The translations under genes were made by a program, and so were the position numbers. A stretch of 50,536 bases of DNA from Octopus bimaculoides (lineage: Eukaryota). The DNA lies in NCBI RefSeq assembly GCF_001194135.2, contig NC_068984.1, positions 110,066,087-110,116,622 on the forward strand, given 5' to 3'. Positions 37,016 through 48,232 of this stretch are shown here, piece after piece. Below the pieces are notes generated by a model that was given only the letters and a program-made list of their open reading frames with translations, did not search any database and was not told the origin of the DNA. Numbering within the stretch: position 1 is the first letter of the stretch; the number at the start of each line of letters is the position of its first letter.

Positions 37016-37676
37016 TTGTCGAGATTATCTCCAATACTACTGCTTAGATTATCATCAATTGCTGTATCGCAAGGCCAACTGCTACATGGTTCCTCGAATT
37101 GCTAGAAAAATACTAATATCCCTCAAATAACTTACTACTAAACCAAATATAGCTAGTGCATGTTAACTAATATATTCCCTGATGAGATCATAATAAGGCC
37201 AAAATATTTCAGAGTTATTTGCTGAAATAAAATAAATAATGCTAGATTTGTTTCATTGTTGCTTACCTTCTTTTTAGTAGCTTTTTAATGCTCTCCGCCA
37301 TAAACTTGTAGACTTAACGAGAAATTTGTTTCGAATAATAAAAGACGTTCCAGTTTTGAATATCTTTGATCATAAGTGCATTCAATAAGAAGTGATTTAA
37401 AGTTAAACAACAGGTACAGCCACAATCCAAGAGTATTATCTTTCTTCTTCATTTCCTATTACGCATTACTCATCATATTTACTACTCGCATCATCGTTCA
37501 CCCCCCCCTCCCATAATTACAGTTATCTTAATTTTTTAAGCTGTCCTCCTTATAATATCCTTCTGAAGATGTATTCTTTATGCTGTTGTTATCATTATTA
37601 TTATCATATCTATTCATTGTTAATACGTTCTGATGGACTTGAACATGAATATCTGATCGTTATTGTTTACGTCAAT

Positions 37677-38194
37677 GGAGAACGGCTCCACACTTTAGGC
37701 GATGTGGGTTCATAGCACATGTGATTCACCATTCACTGGTGTAAGGGATGTTCAAGACACTGGGTATTTTGCACATATTGTGTGTCTCGCTATTGTTATT
37801 CGCTATCGGAGAACGTCTGTGCCATTTAGGCAATATATGTTCATCATACACGATTCACCGGTGTAACAAACTTTGAGACATCGCAGTGTTTCGACCTCAT
37901 TGTGATTTTTTTTCGGTTAAAGTTTATCCACAGCCAGACTGAAGAAGCTTACAAGACCACAAGCTCTTTTTTATAGACATTTACAAACAAATTATCTGCT
38001 GATGTGTACGGATGTCTACCAAATATATTGTAATTCAAAGGGTAGCCACAGAATAATGAAACTCCAAATAACATATCCATTTTTAACATGTTTTGACTCG
38101 AATATACATATTTGATCACTGTTGGTTTTTGTTAGTGGATAACATCTTCCTTTAGGTGATACGTGCTCATAACGCGTGATTCACTGGTTCATCG
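37677..38194. repeat. three diverged copies of a ~60-110 bp motif
   Basis: GGA(G/T)AAC...TTTAGG...(T/C)TCAT...GATTCAC(C/T) at 37677, 37808 and 38137. Confidence 0.6.
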
Positions 38195-38880
38195 TTGTGT
38201 TTCCTTACTACTTTATCCTCAGATATTGCTGATTCGGTTGGGCCATACCTTAGCCAATGTAATACCACACCGTTGATTATAAATTCCACAGTTAACAAAC
38301 CCATAATTAGAACCGCACTATTATCTTTAGATACAACAGCCATTACTCCAGGTCACTCAAATGGCCCAAGACAATTATATTCTCGTTGGTAAGCAGAGCT
38401 CCCAAGTGAAATTTGTCAAGGTGAAACAAAATTGATTTCTATCCCTCAGGAAGCTGAAATTATCTCAAATTTTAAGAAGGAAATGAGGAATATTTCATGG
38501 AAGAATTTCTTTAGGGTCAAAAATAGATTTAGCCCTGGTGAATTGCAAACTCTCTACAAGGCCAAAGAGTGAGTTGGATTAGAGTACTGCTCAGTAAACT
38601 AGAGATGTATTCTGATGCATAGACAAATATGATAACTGCTTAAGAACTACTAACCTTCGAGTAACCTTCGAGCCGCTGAAGGAGTCTCTAGATGGTCCCT
38701 AGATTCACCAGAAATAGTAGTCAAATCTACTCGTGTCACACGCTTCTTTATTAAAAAAGAAAGTGATGCTTTCGACAATGTAGTACTCGGATCCCCTAAA
38801 ACTATGGAATAATCAAAGACAGAATACTGTTTGAGAACATGCCTTCTCATTAACGCGGATGACCTGAAGTAAACAATAAC
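38195..38880 (+). mobile_element. decayed LINE (CR1/L2/jockey-type) RT C-terminal region
   Basis: One frame from 38222 reads ...TTPLIINSTVNKP...LLSL...W*...KNFFRVKNRFSPGELQTLYKAKE*VGLEYCS, matching the LINE RT motif 'LxxLYKAxxRPxLEYCS'. A KLWN remnant lies near 38800. In-frame stops are present. Confidence 0.7.
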
Positions 38881-39221
38881 AACGATGGTGAGGACAACAA
38901 CCAAGCAACCACTTAAGCAGATACTTAATTTAATCTCTCATCGATTTTCTACCATTGCTACAATGTTTCTCCTCATTTCTCAGCTATCAAATTGTGCTCC
39001 ACCTATAAAGTCCATGGGATATACACATATCACATCTTATTTCAACTTTGTCACGTCCACAAGTCCCATTGTAAACAATGTAATCTCTCTTTGCCGCCAA
39101 AAAAGAAAAAAAAAATCTCTAGAATTATTTTCTTGCTTATGTCATTGTTCTGCTGAAACGATGATTGACATATTTATTTTCAATAAGTTCCTATGGACTC
39201 TAACGCAAATATGCTAGTCAT

Positions 39222-39565
39222 TGTTGTGTAAGTCACAGAACAACTTCTCCCTTTTACGACGACAATATGTTCGTCTTCGATGTATGTGTCGTGTTTGTTT
39301 CAGATCTTGCTGTATACAGCGAAAATAATTATTTTTAATCGGTTGGGAGACATTAGCATTGATCAGAAAACAGTTTGTTCACTAAAAGTCTAAGCAGAAC
39401 CAGTGGTTTGTTTAGGATCAAAGGGATCCGGATAATTCTGACTGATGAGATACCAGATGTCGAAACACTGATCTCCCAAAATCTCTTGCGCCAATAATCC
39501 TTGTGTGTTATGAATACATTTACGTCGTAAGAGAAAGGAGTTGTTCTTCTGTGACGTACACAACA
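39222..39565. repeat. inverted repeat with ~40 bp arms enclosing ~260 bp
   Basis: 39222-39261 versus 39523-39565: 5 mismatches and one 3 nt gap. Confidence 0.85.
39435..39480 (+). ncRNA. hammerhead-ribozyme-like motif (minimal type I, partly degenerate)
   Basis: CTGATGA (39442-39448), stem II GATA/TGTC with a CCAGA loop, GAAA (39462-39465), then C-ACTG-ATC. Stems I and III are imperfect. Confidence 0.45.
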
Positions 39566-40363
39566 GCGATTAACATACTGCATTGAAATTTGCCGGAATG
39601 TATTTAGGATCGTTTCAGATCTTCGCTGTAAATATTGCAGATAATGATTTTTGAAGGTTTAACATTTACTGCAAACTGCATTCAAGTTATGCTAGACAAT
39701 ACTTACTTAACAATATCAATAATACATTCAGCAACATATAAAATCTTAGACACACACGCTATGTCTGAAAACAAACGTCGGGATGGTCATGGCAGAAATG
39801 CTATTTGATTCCTGGTCTGCTAGATCAAGACTGACCAACAACAACAACATCAACAACAGTAGCAGCAGCAGCAGCAACAAAAACAACGACAAATGGTTCA
39901 CAAAGATTAAAGAGCTGTCACGGGATGGGCACATCCAATTCTTAATACTATACTGCATTAAAAATTAGGGGTGGCATCATAACTTCAAAAGCTGAGATGA
40001 ATTCGTCATGTCACAAATACTGAAATCCCCAAGATAAATGAAGAAGATGATGATGATTATGATGATGATGATGAGACATCATGATGCCAGAAGACTACTG
40101 ATGTGCTTTTGTGAGCTAGTATCATATGGAACACAATATCTACGTTTTCAGTTCCTTATTGTATGTCAAGGCAATGGAAAAAACCTATACATGATCTGCC
40201 AGCCTGCTAGAAATAGCAGCTGAATTTCCTTTAAAAACCGCATCCACCAGTCGTAAACAAAAGGGAAGGATACACTGAGTAATGCAATCCTACATTTGTT
40301 ATCACACGGGATGATTGGTGCTTGGGTGACTTTTACTGATAGATAGGGGCTGATCAGAGTTGA

Positions 40364-40495
40364 CTGAAGAAGAAGAAGAAGAAGAAGAAGAAGAAGAAGA
40401 AGAAGAAGAAGAAGAAGAAGAAGAAATAGAAGAAGAACAACAACAACAACAATAACAAGAACAAAAAGATCAAGAATGGCAACAACAACAACATG
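40364..40495. repeat. (GAA)n followed by (CAA)n-like microsatellite
   Basis: Read directly. Confidence 0.95.
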
Positions 40496-40589
40496 AGTGA
40501 GTGGTAAAACTTCATGAGTCACAATTGAGACAAAATACTCTATAAAGGGATATTAGCTAAGACTAGTAGTAGTAGTAGTAGTAGTAGTA

Positions 40590-40772
40590 TGGGAGTCATG
40601 TGCTGTAAAAGGACGTCACTGCATCCACCATTTGTTGGTGATTCCCTACTACTCCTGGCAGACGATGCCTTTGCAACCCTTAGGCGGCAACCCTCTCCAA
40701 CCCATGGACTTGTTTGAGTAGTCATTGCTGGTGAGCGTTTTACGAGGTCTGACTGCACATCCTACCTCAACC
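40590..40772 (-). mobile_element. possible LINE 5'/UTR fragment
   Basis: GC-richer block between a (TAG)n tract and a SINE; assignment rests on general resemblance only. Confidence 0.25.
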
Positions 40773-40845
40773 TCTTAGTTGCTTTTTACGGCACACAGAG
40801 GAAACGTTGAGTTTACCCTTTGACATGTCGGTCCCTACACAGCAC

Positions 40846-40957
40846 TTGAGCAACGTGAAATGAAGTATTTCGCACAAGAACACAACGCAACGTCTGGTCT
40901 GGTAGTCGAACCCGCGTTCTGGCAATCGTGAGTGCCACGCCCTAACCGCTAAGGTAC
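40846..40957 (-). mobile_element. SINE family D 5' part
   Basis: GAGCAACGTGAAATGAAG...AAGAACACAACGC...CCCTAACCGCTAAG. Confidence 0.75.
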
Positions 40958-41199
40958 TTGTTTTCACACTAAACCATGTGCCTTTACAAAATATAGATTT
41001 TCAAATGTTTTTCGAAGATTTCACAATAAGGTTACGAGTTAAGGTACAAATTATTTTCACGGCAAATATTTTCTAATTCCATGTCATATAAACAGTTATT
41101 TTCCATGAGAATGTGATATATCTTTCAAATCTTATTTATTTCATAGTTACAAACTGATGGGGGAAGAAAAAAAGAAAAAAAGAGCATCAGTAAAAAAGA

Positions 41200-41367
41200 A
41201 AGGAAACATATATACAGACATTTACTCACACACACACGCACTCACACACGCACACACACACAAACAAACACACATACATACGCACACATATACGCGCGCG
41301 CAGAATTTAATGGTATCCTTAGGAGGAATGAATACATTCACGCAGGCTCACTAATGTTCAGACATAG

Positions 41368-41400
<33 letters not shown>

Positions 41401-41454
41401 TTTATATACATACATATATATACATGCATACATATATATTTATATACATACTTT

Positions 41455-41488
<34 letters not shown>

Positions 41489-41560
41489 AATATTTATATA
41501 TACAATATTTATACACACACACACACATATATATATATATAATACATAAATGTGTGCATA
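41200..41560. repeat. (CA)n/(TA)n/(ATAC)n low-complexity tract
   Basis: Read directly. Confidence 0.9.
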
Positions 41561-42378
41561 TATATAGACGTTTCTTTATAGAACTTCTATAATTTTTTCA
41601 AGAGTAATGGGTTAAAATAAGCACCAAATAAAAACATGCTTAGACAAGTGTGCAGACGCACGTATGCACGCAGACGTAGTTACATTCGAGTATCTATATC
41701 ATAAGCCAAAATTAATGATGACAAAAAAAAAAAAAAAAAANNNNNNNNNNAAAAAAAAAAAAAAAAAGAAAACAGAAAAAAGAAAAAATTTCCAAGAAAG
41801 TTAAGATAACAACTATATCATTTCAAAAATGTTAGTGTTATGACTTTTGGCTTTATCCAGAAATTTGCTGATACTGTTTGGTAAAATAAATTAGAATATT
41901 AAGAACGACATATGAAAAAGAAAGACAAAGAAAAAGAAATAGATTACGAGATTTGAGTACACACATATACACACACACACATATATATATATAGGATCAT
42001 GTAAAGTTTTGATGAAAAAATTCTCAGTAATTTAAAGGAAAATAAAAAAGAAGATTTATAAATATATTTAATTTCCTACTCTAACAATTGAAGATAAAAA
42101 AACTACTCTCACCTAAAACGTAAGAATATGAACAGAAACAATAGGTAAGAATGGGGAATGAGAACGCAAAGAGACAAAGAAATAATGGAGTTGTTTGTTG
42201 TATCATCTGTTTGCTCTTCAGCTGGGAGTAGGCAATTTTTCGTGTTCTGTAAGTCATGCAATGTCTTCATTAGTGCAGATGACATGGGAAATAGTTTAGC
42301 TTATTCTGCTATTGGAATTGATAAAATAAATTTTCAAAAGAATAGACGAATAAACCTAAACACACCTCTTGCATATAC

Positions 42379-42596
42379 ATGTGTGCGTGTGAATGTGTGA
42401 GAGAGTGTGTGGGTGTATACATATATGTATATGTCTGTGTATGCATATACATCTATCTATCTATTTATCTATACATATATATAAATATATTTGTATTACA
42501 TACGTACATATATACATACATAAATATATATACATATATATATGTATATGTGTGTGTATTACATATATCTATATTTGTATATATATATATATATAT
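42379..42596. repeat. (TG)n/(TA)n low-complexity tract before a gap
   Basis: Read directly. Confidence 0.9.
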
Positions 42597-43394
42597 NNNN
42601 NNNNNNNNNNNNNNNNNNNNNNNNNNNNNNNNNNNNNNNNNNNNNNNNNNNNNNNNNNNNNNNNNNNNNNNNNNNNNNNNNNNNNNNNNNNNNNNNNNNN
42701 NNNNNNNNNNNNNNNNNNNNNNNNNNNNNNNNNNNNNNNNNNNNNNNNNNNNNNNNNNNNNNNNNNNNNNNNNNNNNNNNNNNNNNNNNNNNNNNNNNNN
42801 NNNNNNNNNNNNNNNNNNNNNNNNNNNNNNNNNNNNNNNNNNNNNNNNNNNNNNNNNNNNNNNNNNNNNNNNNNNNNNNNNNNNNNNNNNNNNNNNNNNN
42901 NNNNNNNNNNNNNNNNNNNNNNNNNNNNNNNNNNNNNNNNNNNNNNNNNNNNNNNNNNNNNNNNNNNNNNNNNNNNNNNNNNNNNNNNNNNNNNNNNNNN
43001 NNNNNNNNNNNNNNNNNNNNNNNNNNNNNNNNNNNNNNNNNNNNNNNNNNNNNNNNNNNNNNNNNNNNNNNNNNNNNNNNNNNNNNNNNNNNNNNNNNNN
43101 NNNNNNNNNNNNNNNNNNNNNNNNNNNNNNNNNNNNNNNNNNNNNNNNNNNNNNNNNNNNNNNNNNNNNNNNNNNNNNNNNNNNNNNNNNNNNNNNNNNN
43201 NNNNNNNNNNNNNNNNNNNNNNNNNNNNNNNNNNNNNNNNNNNNNNNNNNNNNNNNNNNNNNNNNNNNNNNNNNNNNNNNNNNNNNNNNNNNNNNNNNNN
43301 NNGCGCGCTTGCCTTTGAGGATTTCGCCAATGTTCATTTTATTATCTTATGCCTAGCGGTTCAGCAAACAGAGACGGTGAGATAACTAACTGAC

Positions 43395-43487
43395 TTTCAA
43401 TAAGCTCTAGGTTCGATTTAATGAACCAAAACTTTCGAGACGGTACCCCAGCATGGTTGCAGTCTAAAGCCTGAAACTAGGGAAAAA
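43395..43487 (+). mobile_element. SINE family A 3' fragment, decayed
   Basis: GGTTCGATTT...GGTACCCCAGCATGGTTGCAGTC...CTGAAAC resembles the A tail. Confidence 0.55.
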
Positions 43488-43684
43488 ACATTATGTGTGT
43501 GTATTTACATATATATGCAGAACTCATTGATCAACTTGGTGACTTTGGTGTAGAAAACAGAAGCCGTGCAGAGGATTTATACGTTTTCAATAATGGGCAG
43601 GCACAAATGTTCAATCAGCAGAGAATGTTGGTATTGTGTACCACATTACTGGGAGTGAGCGGTCCTTAGTCCATTTTAGGATAG

Positions 43685-43800
43685 CACGCTGGGAGAAGGA
43701 AAACTCTGATGTACAATCTACGACTGAATGGCAGCCAATGATGTTCTTGCTTTTGGCGTATCTCTCATCTATGTTCTGAGAATGGGGCTGGCTGTGCGCA
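43685..43800 (+). mobile_element. possible RTE-type LINE 5' region fragment
   Basis: GGAGAAGGAAAACTCTGA is a motif I recall from RTE 5' regions; single copy here. Confidence 0.4.
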
Positions 43801-43922
43801 AGGCCTCACTCCACTTTTAAAAGCTTCATTTACAGTCATCGCTTGACGTACCGGTATCGTTATCTTATTATACTGAAGAACGAGGAAGTGACCATCATGA
43901 TATATTCATTTATGTACGCTTG

Positions 43923-44156
43923 AAAGCAGCGAGCTGGCAGAAACGTTAGCATGCCGGGCGAAATCCTTAGTGGTATTTCGTCTACCGCTACGTTCTGAGT
44001 TCAAATTCCACCTAAGTCAACTTTGCCTTTCATCCTTTCGGGGCCGAAAAATTAAGTATCAGTTACGCACTGGGTCGATGTAATCGACTTAATCCATTTG
44101 TCTGTCCTTGTTTGTCCCCACTTTGTTTAGCTCCTTGTGGGCAATAAAGAAATAAG
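43923..44156 (+). mobile_element. SINE family B (tail type 1)
   Basis: Collinear with 20676-20900. Confidence 0.9.
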
Positions 44157-44353
44157 AAACGTTAGCATGCCGGGCGAAATGCTTAGCGGTATTTCGTCTG
44201 TCGTTACGTTCTGAGTTCAAATTCCGCCGAGGTCGACTTTGCGTTTCATTCTTTCGGGTCGATAAATTAAATACCAGTTGCGTACTGGGGTCGATCTGAT
44301 CGACTGGCCCCACTCCTCCAAAATTTCGGGCCTTGTGCCTAGAGTAGAAAAGA
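44157..44353 (+). mobile_element. SINE family B (tail type 3), lacking the first ~18 nt, abutting the previous copy
   Basis: AAACGTTAGCATGCCGGGCG...GCCTTGTGCCTAGAGTAGAAAAG. Confidence 0.9.
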
Positions 44354-44355
44354 TG

Positions 44356-44386
<31 letters not shown>

Positions 44387-44388
44387 TT

Positions 44389-44540
44389 AAGGCCACCGGC
44401 CCTGACAATACTCCTTCCATCGCACTGATGTGCTGCGCCCCAGAAACTGCGCTTATACTCACCGAACTACAGGGATGTACTCTGACATCGGTAAGCACAA
44501 CCGGTGTGTCCAATTCTACCCTTCTGACCCAGGTAACTAG
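44389..44540 (+). mobile_element. LINE RT N-terminal fragment (CR1/L2/jockey-type)
   Basis: KATGPDNTPSIALMCCAPETALILTEL matches the RT-domain start KAxGPDxIPxxxLKxCAPELxxxLxxL. Confidence 0.75.
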
Positions 44541-45209
44541 TTACTGAGAGGAAGCATACATAATAGGATGTGTACAGAGATGGTTCTCTTTCACCTCGTT
44601 ACAACAAGCATTTCAACATTTGAATTACACGTTCATTCTATTGTGAGTAAGTGCACTTTGTCCTTACATTAATGAAATATGCATAATAAACCTATATATT
44701 ATACTTACATAGAATATATTATAACTATATAGAATGATATAGTTGTGCTTGTGAGAATTAAACATCTTTGCCATGGTCACTGCACAGCTCTCCTGATGGA
44801 GAAACACATGACTGCAAATAAAAACCAAAATCAAAAAACAAGACGATGGTATTAAAGTAGGCAAAAAGGTTAGATAGCTAGACGGATATTCAGAAAACAA
44901 ATATACAAAGAGACGGATGGACAGATACAGAAATAAGCAAATCTTATAAAAAATTACTCGTTTTTTTTTTTGTGATACATTAATTTTTCAGTAACAAAAA
45001 AAAGTGTAGTGAAATGACTATATGGATCAAAACAGTTCAATAAATAACAATAAAACTCCTTTGAATATATTTGAAATTTTCCTTTTAAGTATCCATACAA
45101 TGAGATATATTAGTCTAGCATGTTTTGTTTGAGTGAGAGAAGAGGAGAGAAAAAAAGAAGGCAGTTAAACTTTAAAACATTGATTCGGGTATCATAATGG
45201 CCGTACAAA

Positions 45210-45222
45210 TACTTATGTGTGC

Positions 45223-45254
<32 letters not shown>

Positions 45255-45565
45255 GTAGGTATATGCATATATATATATGTGTGTGTGTGTGTGCGTATAT
45301 ATGTGTATATATACAAGTATATACATATATTCATGCATATGTATATGTAAATATATATATACTTAAGTATATATAAGTTTTTTTATAGATACATATATTC
45401 ATACATTTAAATATATATTATAAATTTATTGTACAGAGTTATATATAAATGTATCTGCATATACATATATGGACATACATATATACCTATGTATAAATAT
45501 ATATGTATATATGCAGGTATTTGTGTGTGTGTGAGTGTGCATATGTATTTACACACACACACATA
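45210..45565. repeat. (TG)n/(TA)n low-complexity tract
   Basis: Read directly. Confidence 0.9.
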
Positions 45566-46119
45566 CAAAGTTGTGTTTTTCCGGGTATGCAAAGGTGATG
45601 CGTTACTATTTTTGGTAGTTTTATTACCCTTTTACACAATGTATTGGTCAACATTAGTTCAGAGTTTGGGAAAATTATGTCTCTGAAAGGTAGGTATGAA
45701 ATACATTTGTGAAATGTTGTAAGGAATACTGCATGTGTTCACACATGAGCACACAATCACACAGTGACATGGTACATATATACATAGGAATTTGTGTAGA
45801 GATATGTAATCACATTCTTTGATGTACGCATATAACATTATATAACACACTGTGAACTTAATGAACAATACTGAATATATATTTTTTGTAGAATTATACT
45901 CTCCGTATATGTGTTTGGGTGTGTGTATTTGTGTACGCAATCTTCGTTTATCTTAGATAAATTAACATGAAAAAATATACATAGGAGTACGCTTGTGTAT
46001 ATGAATGCATGCATTTATGCATAAAGGCATCCATACAACTTAGATACGTTGCATTAATTTGTGCGAGCCTATGTACATGCACATTAAGTTGTTTCGTGTA
46101 AATTTAGATTCTAAACTAT

Positions 46120-46345
46120 GAATATATTTTATATATACCTACATATATGTATCTTTCTGTCTATCTGTTTATCTCATTCTCTCTCCCTCTGCACACACAC
46201 ACATACTCTCTCGCGCTCTCTCTCTATCTATCTTACACACACATACACACACTTCCATATGCACATAAACGCACACACAATCTACAAGCATACACAAACG
46301 CATGCACACGCGCATACAAACAAACGTACACACACGCACGCACAA
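46120..46345. repeat. (CT)n/(CA)n low-complexity tract
   Basis: Read directly. Confidence 0.9.
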
Positions 46346-47311
46346 TCATTCATATTTTATTTAAAAAGGAAGCATTGGATACTTGAAAGAAAAGTTAGAG
46401 AATTTACTGTCTTTGACGATTCGGGTGTTTGGCCTTCTTCGGATTGAAAAGGAGAAGAATGGAAGAAAGAACTCGTGTGATTGTGCATGAGGTGGGGGCG
46501 GGACTGAACTTAATACTATTTTGTGAAGAAGACGAAGGGATATAAACCTGTAGAAAATGTGTCTCATTAGGGACAGTGAGGAGGGGGAAAATATGGACAG
46601 TTATGTAGATACTTGTCACAGTGTGTACACGTTTATTAGTAGGCATGTGGTAAGGTGTATAGGTGTGCATATTTGTTGAGCGTATGTATGGATGTGTGCA
46701 CGTGTACTTGAGCAGAAAGGAAAAAAAAACCACTAAGTCATGTTTAAATATAAATGTTCTAATATGCAGAATGGTGTAAGGTAGTGTATTTTAGTTTTAC
46801 CATAAATATTTGTTGAAGTGACGACTCTCCATTGAATTTCAGGCCTTGCATTTAAATAATTAGCTGAATTATACAAAGGTGTGTGTGTGTGTGTTCGTAA
46901 ATGAGGGTTTGTGCAAATGTGTATGTGTGCATATTTGTGCGCATGTTTATGTATCTGGGCACACTGAAAGCACAGTGAAATAGTCAAATAAGAGAGCTAT
47001 GAAAGCACAGACACGGATATCATTGCACGAAAGTGTAGAATGTTTGGCAATATATATTCACGTTAGTTTTCTTCGTTAGATTATGACTAAAAACATTTTT
47101 TCGGCTGTTTTGTTGCACGGAGATGACTGGTACATCATAAATATCGTATGATATCTTACATATTCCTTTGTGTGAAATTTCAGTAGCTCACTTCGAAATC
47201 TTTTTCTGAAGTCTAACAAAATAAACAGAATATAAGCCAACACGGACGCCTCTACTTGGTCGCTCATTTATGTTGAAACAGCAGTCAATTCTTCCTCAGA
47301 ATAAACCCTAC

Positions 47312-47422
47312 CATCATAAATGAAGGACATATTGAATAATGTATTTGTAGACATTACGCTTAACAGACGGAATTGCGATTGATGGAAATTATTGATCATA
47401 TGTTTACTCAGTGAGGTTTGAT
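47312..47422 (-). CDS. candidate symmetric 111 nt exon (DQTSLSKHMINNFHQSQFRLLSVMSTNTLFNMSFIYDG)
   Basis: TTAGTTTCAG| acceptor, ATG|GTAGGG donor, phase 1-1, one open frame. No homology recognised. Confidence 0.13.
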
Positions 47423-47820
47423 CTGAAACTAAGCAACTACAGCAGCAAAAGACCGACAGAAAGACAAGCATGTATTACTTGTGTGACCATGTAAGTAATA
47501 GACATGATTTTCTATTTACACCAGAACGGAATCTCACCACAATAACACATCATATTTGTATATATATTGGGAAAAAGAGAGGCGATCTATATAGAATCTC
47601 AAACAACTAGAAATCACTGGCAAAAATGTTGATAAAATACCTGAAATATAATTTCATGTATTTTAGTGAATTTTGAATTTTGAATATGAATACAAGTGAA
47701 TTTTGACATTTAATATAGATTTCCATCTCTTCATTGCGCTGAAACTGCATAAAAGAAAGTTCGGGTGAAATATAATTTGATGAAGCCTTAGGATAGTTAC
47801 TTTATTTAACATTAGTAAAG

Positions 47821-48068
47821 GTTATCTTCTCGAGTCATGCCGACTAATAACGGCCGGTTTCCCGGTTTCATGACGTATATATTCCCCACCTGGACGGACA
47901 GGACGCCAGACAATCACTGGATTACTCATTTTTGGTAGCTGAGTGAACTAGAGCAACGTGAAATGAAGAGTATTGCTCAAGAACACAACGCATCACCCGG
48001 TCCAGGAATCGAAACCACAATTTTACGATCATGAGTCCAACACCCTAACCACTAAGCTACGCGCCCCC
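47821..48068 (-). mobile_element. SINE family D (tRNA head related to C, different body)
   Basis: Minus: GGCGCGTAGCTTAGTGGTTAGGGTG...GGTTTCGATTCC...TTGTGTTCTTGAGCAA...CATTTCACGTTGCTC. Matches copies at 6665-6895 and 40846-40957. Confidence 0.85.
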
Positions 48069-48232
48069 ACTTATTCAGCATTAAGAAGATTGAGGAAACC
48101 AGTCCACATGTGTTGGATCAAGGTATGATTCTTCTTTTATCATTTTGCAGAAACCTCGGGCACTCCATCACTATTATTGTTATTCACCTTGAATTACACT
48201 GAATGCTACATCCTAAACTTAAATATTGACAG

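Noticed and set aside
37267-37304. Minus donor AAG|GTAAGC after MAESIKKLLKR
   Set aside because: Very short, weak acceptor/start context, and no compatible downstream exon.
38650-38940. Minus ORF with a TM-like stretch (LSICLSGCLVVVLTIVVIVYF)
   Set aside because: It overlaps the 3' part of the plus-strand LINE fossil in antisense and has no start or splice context.
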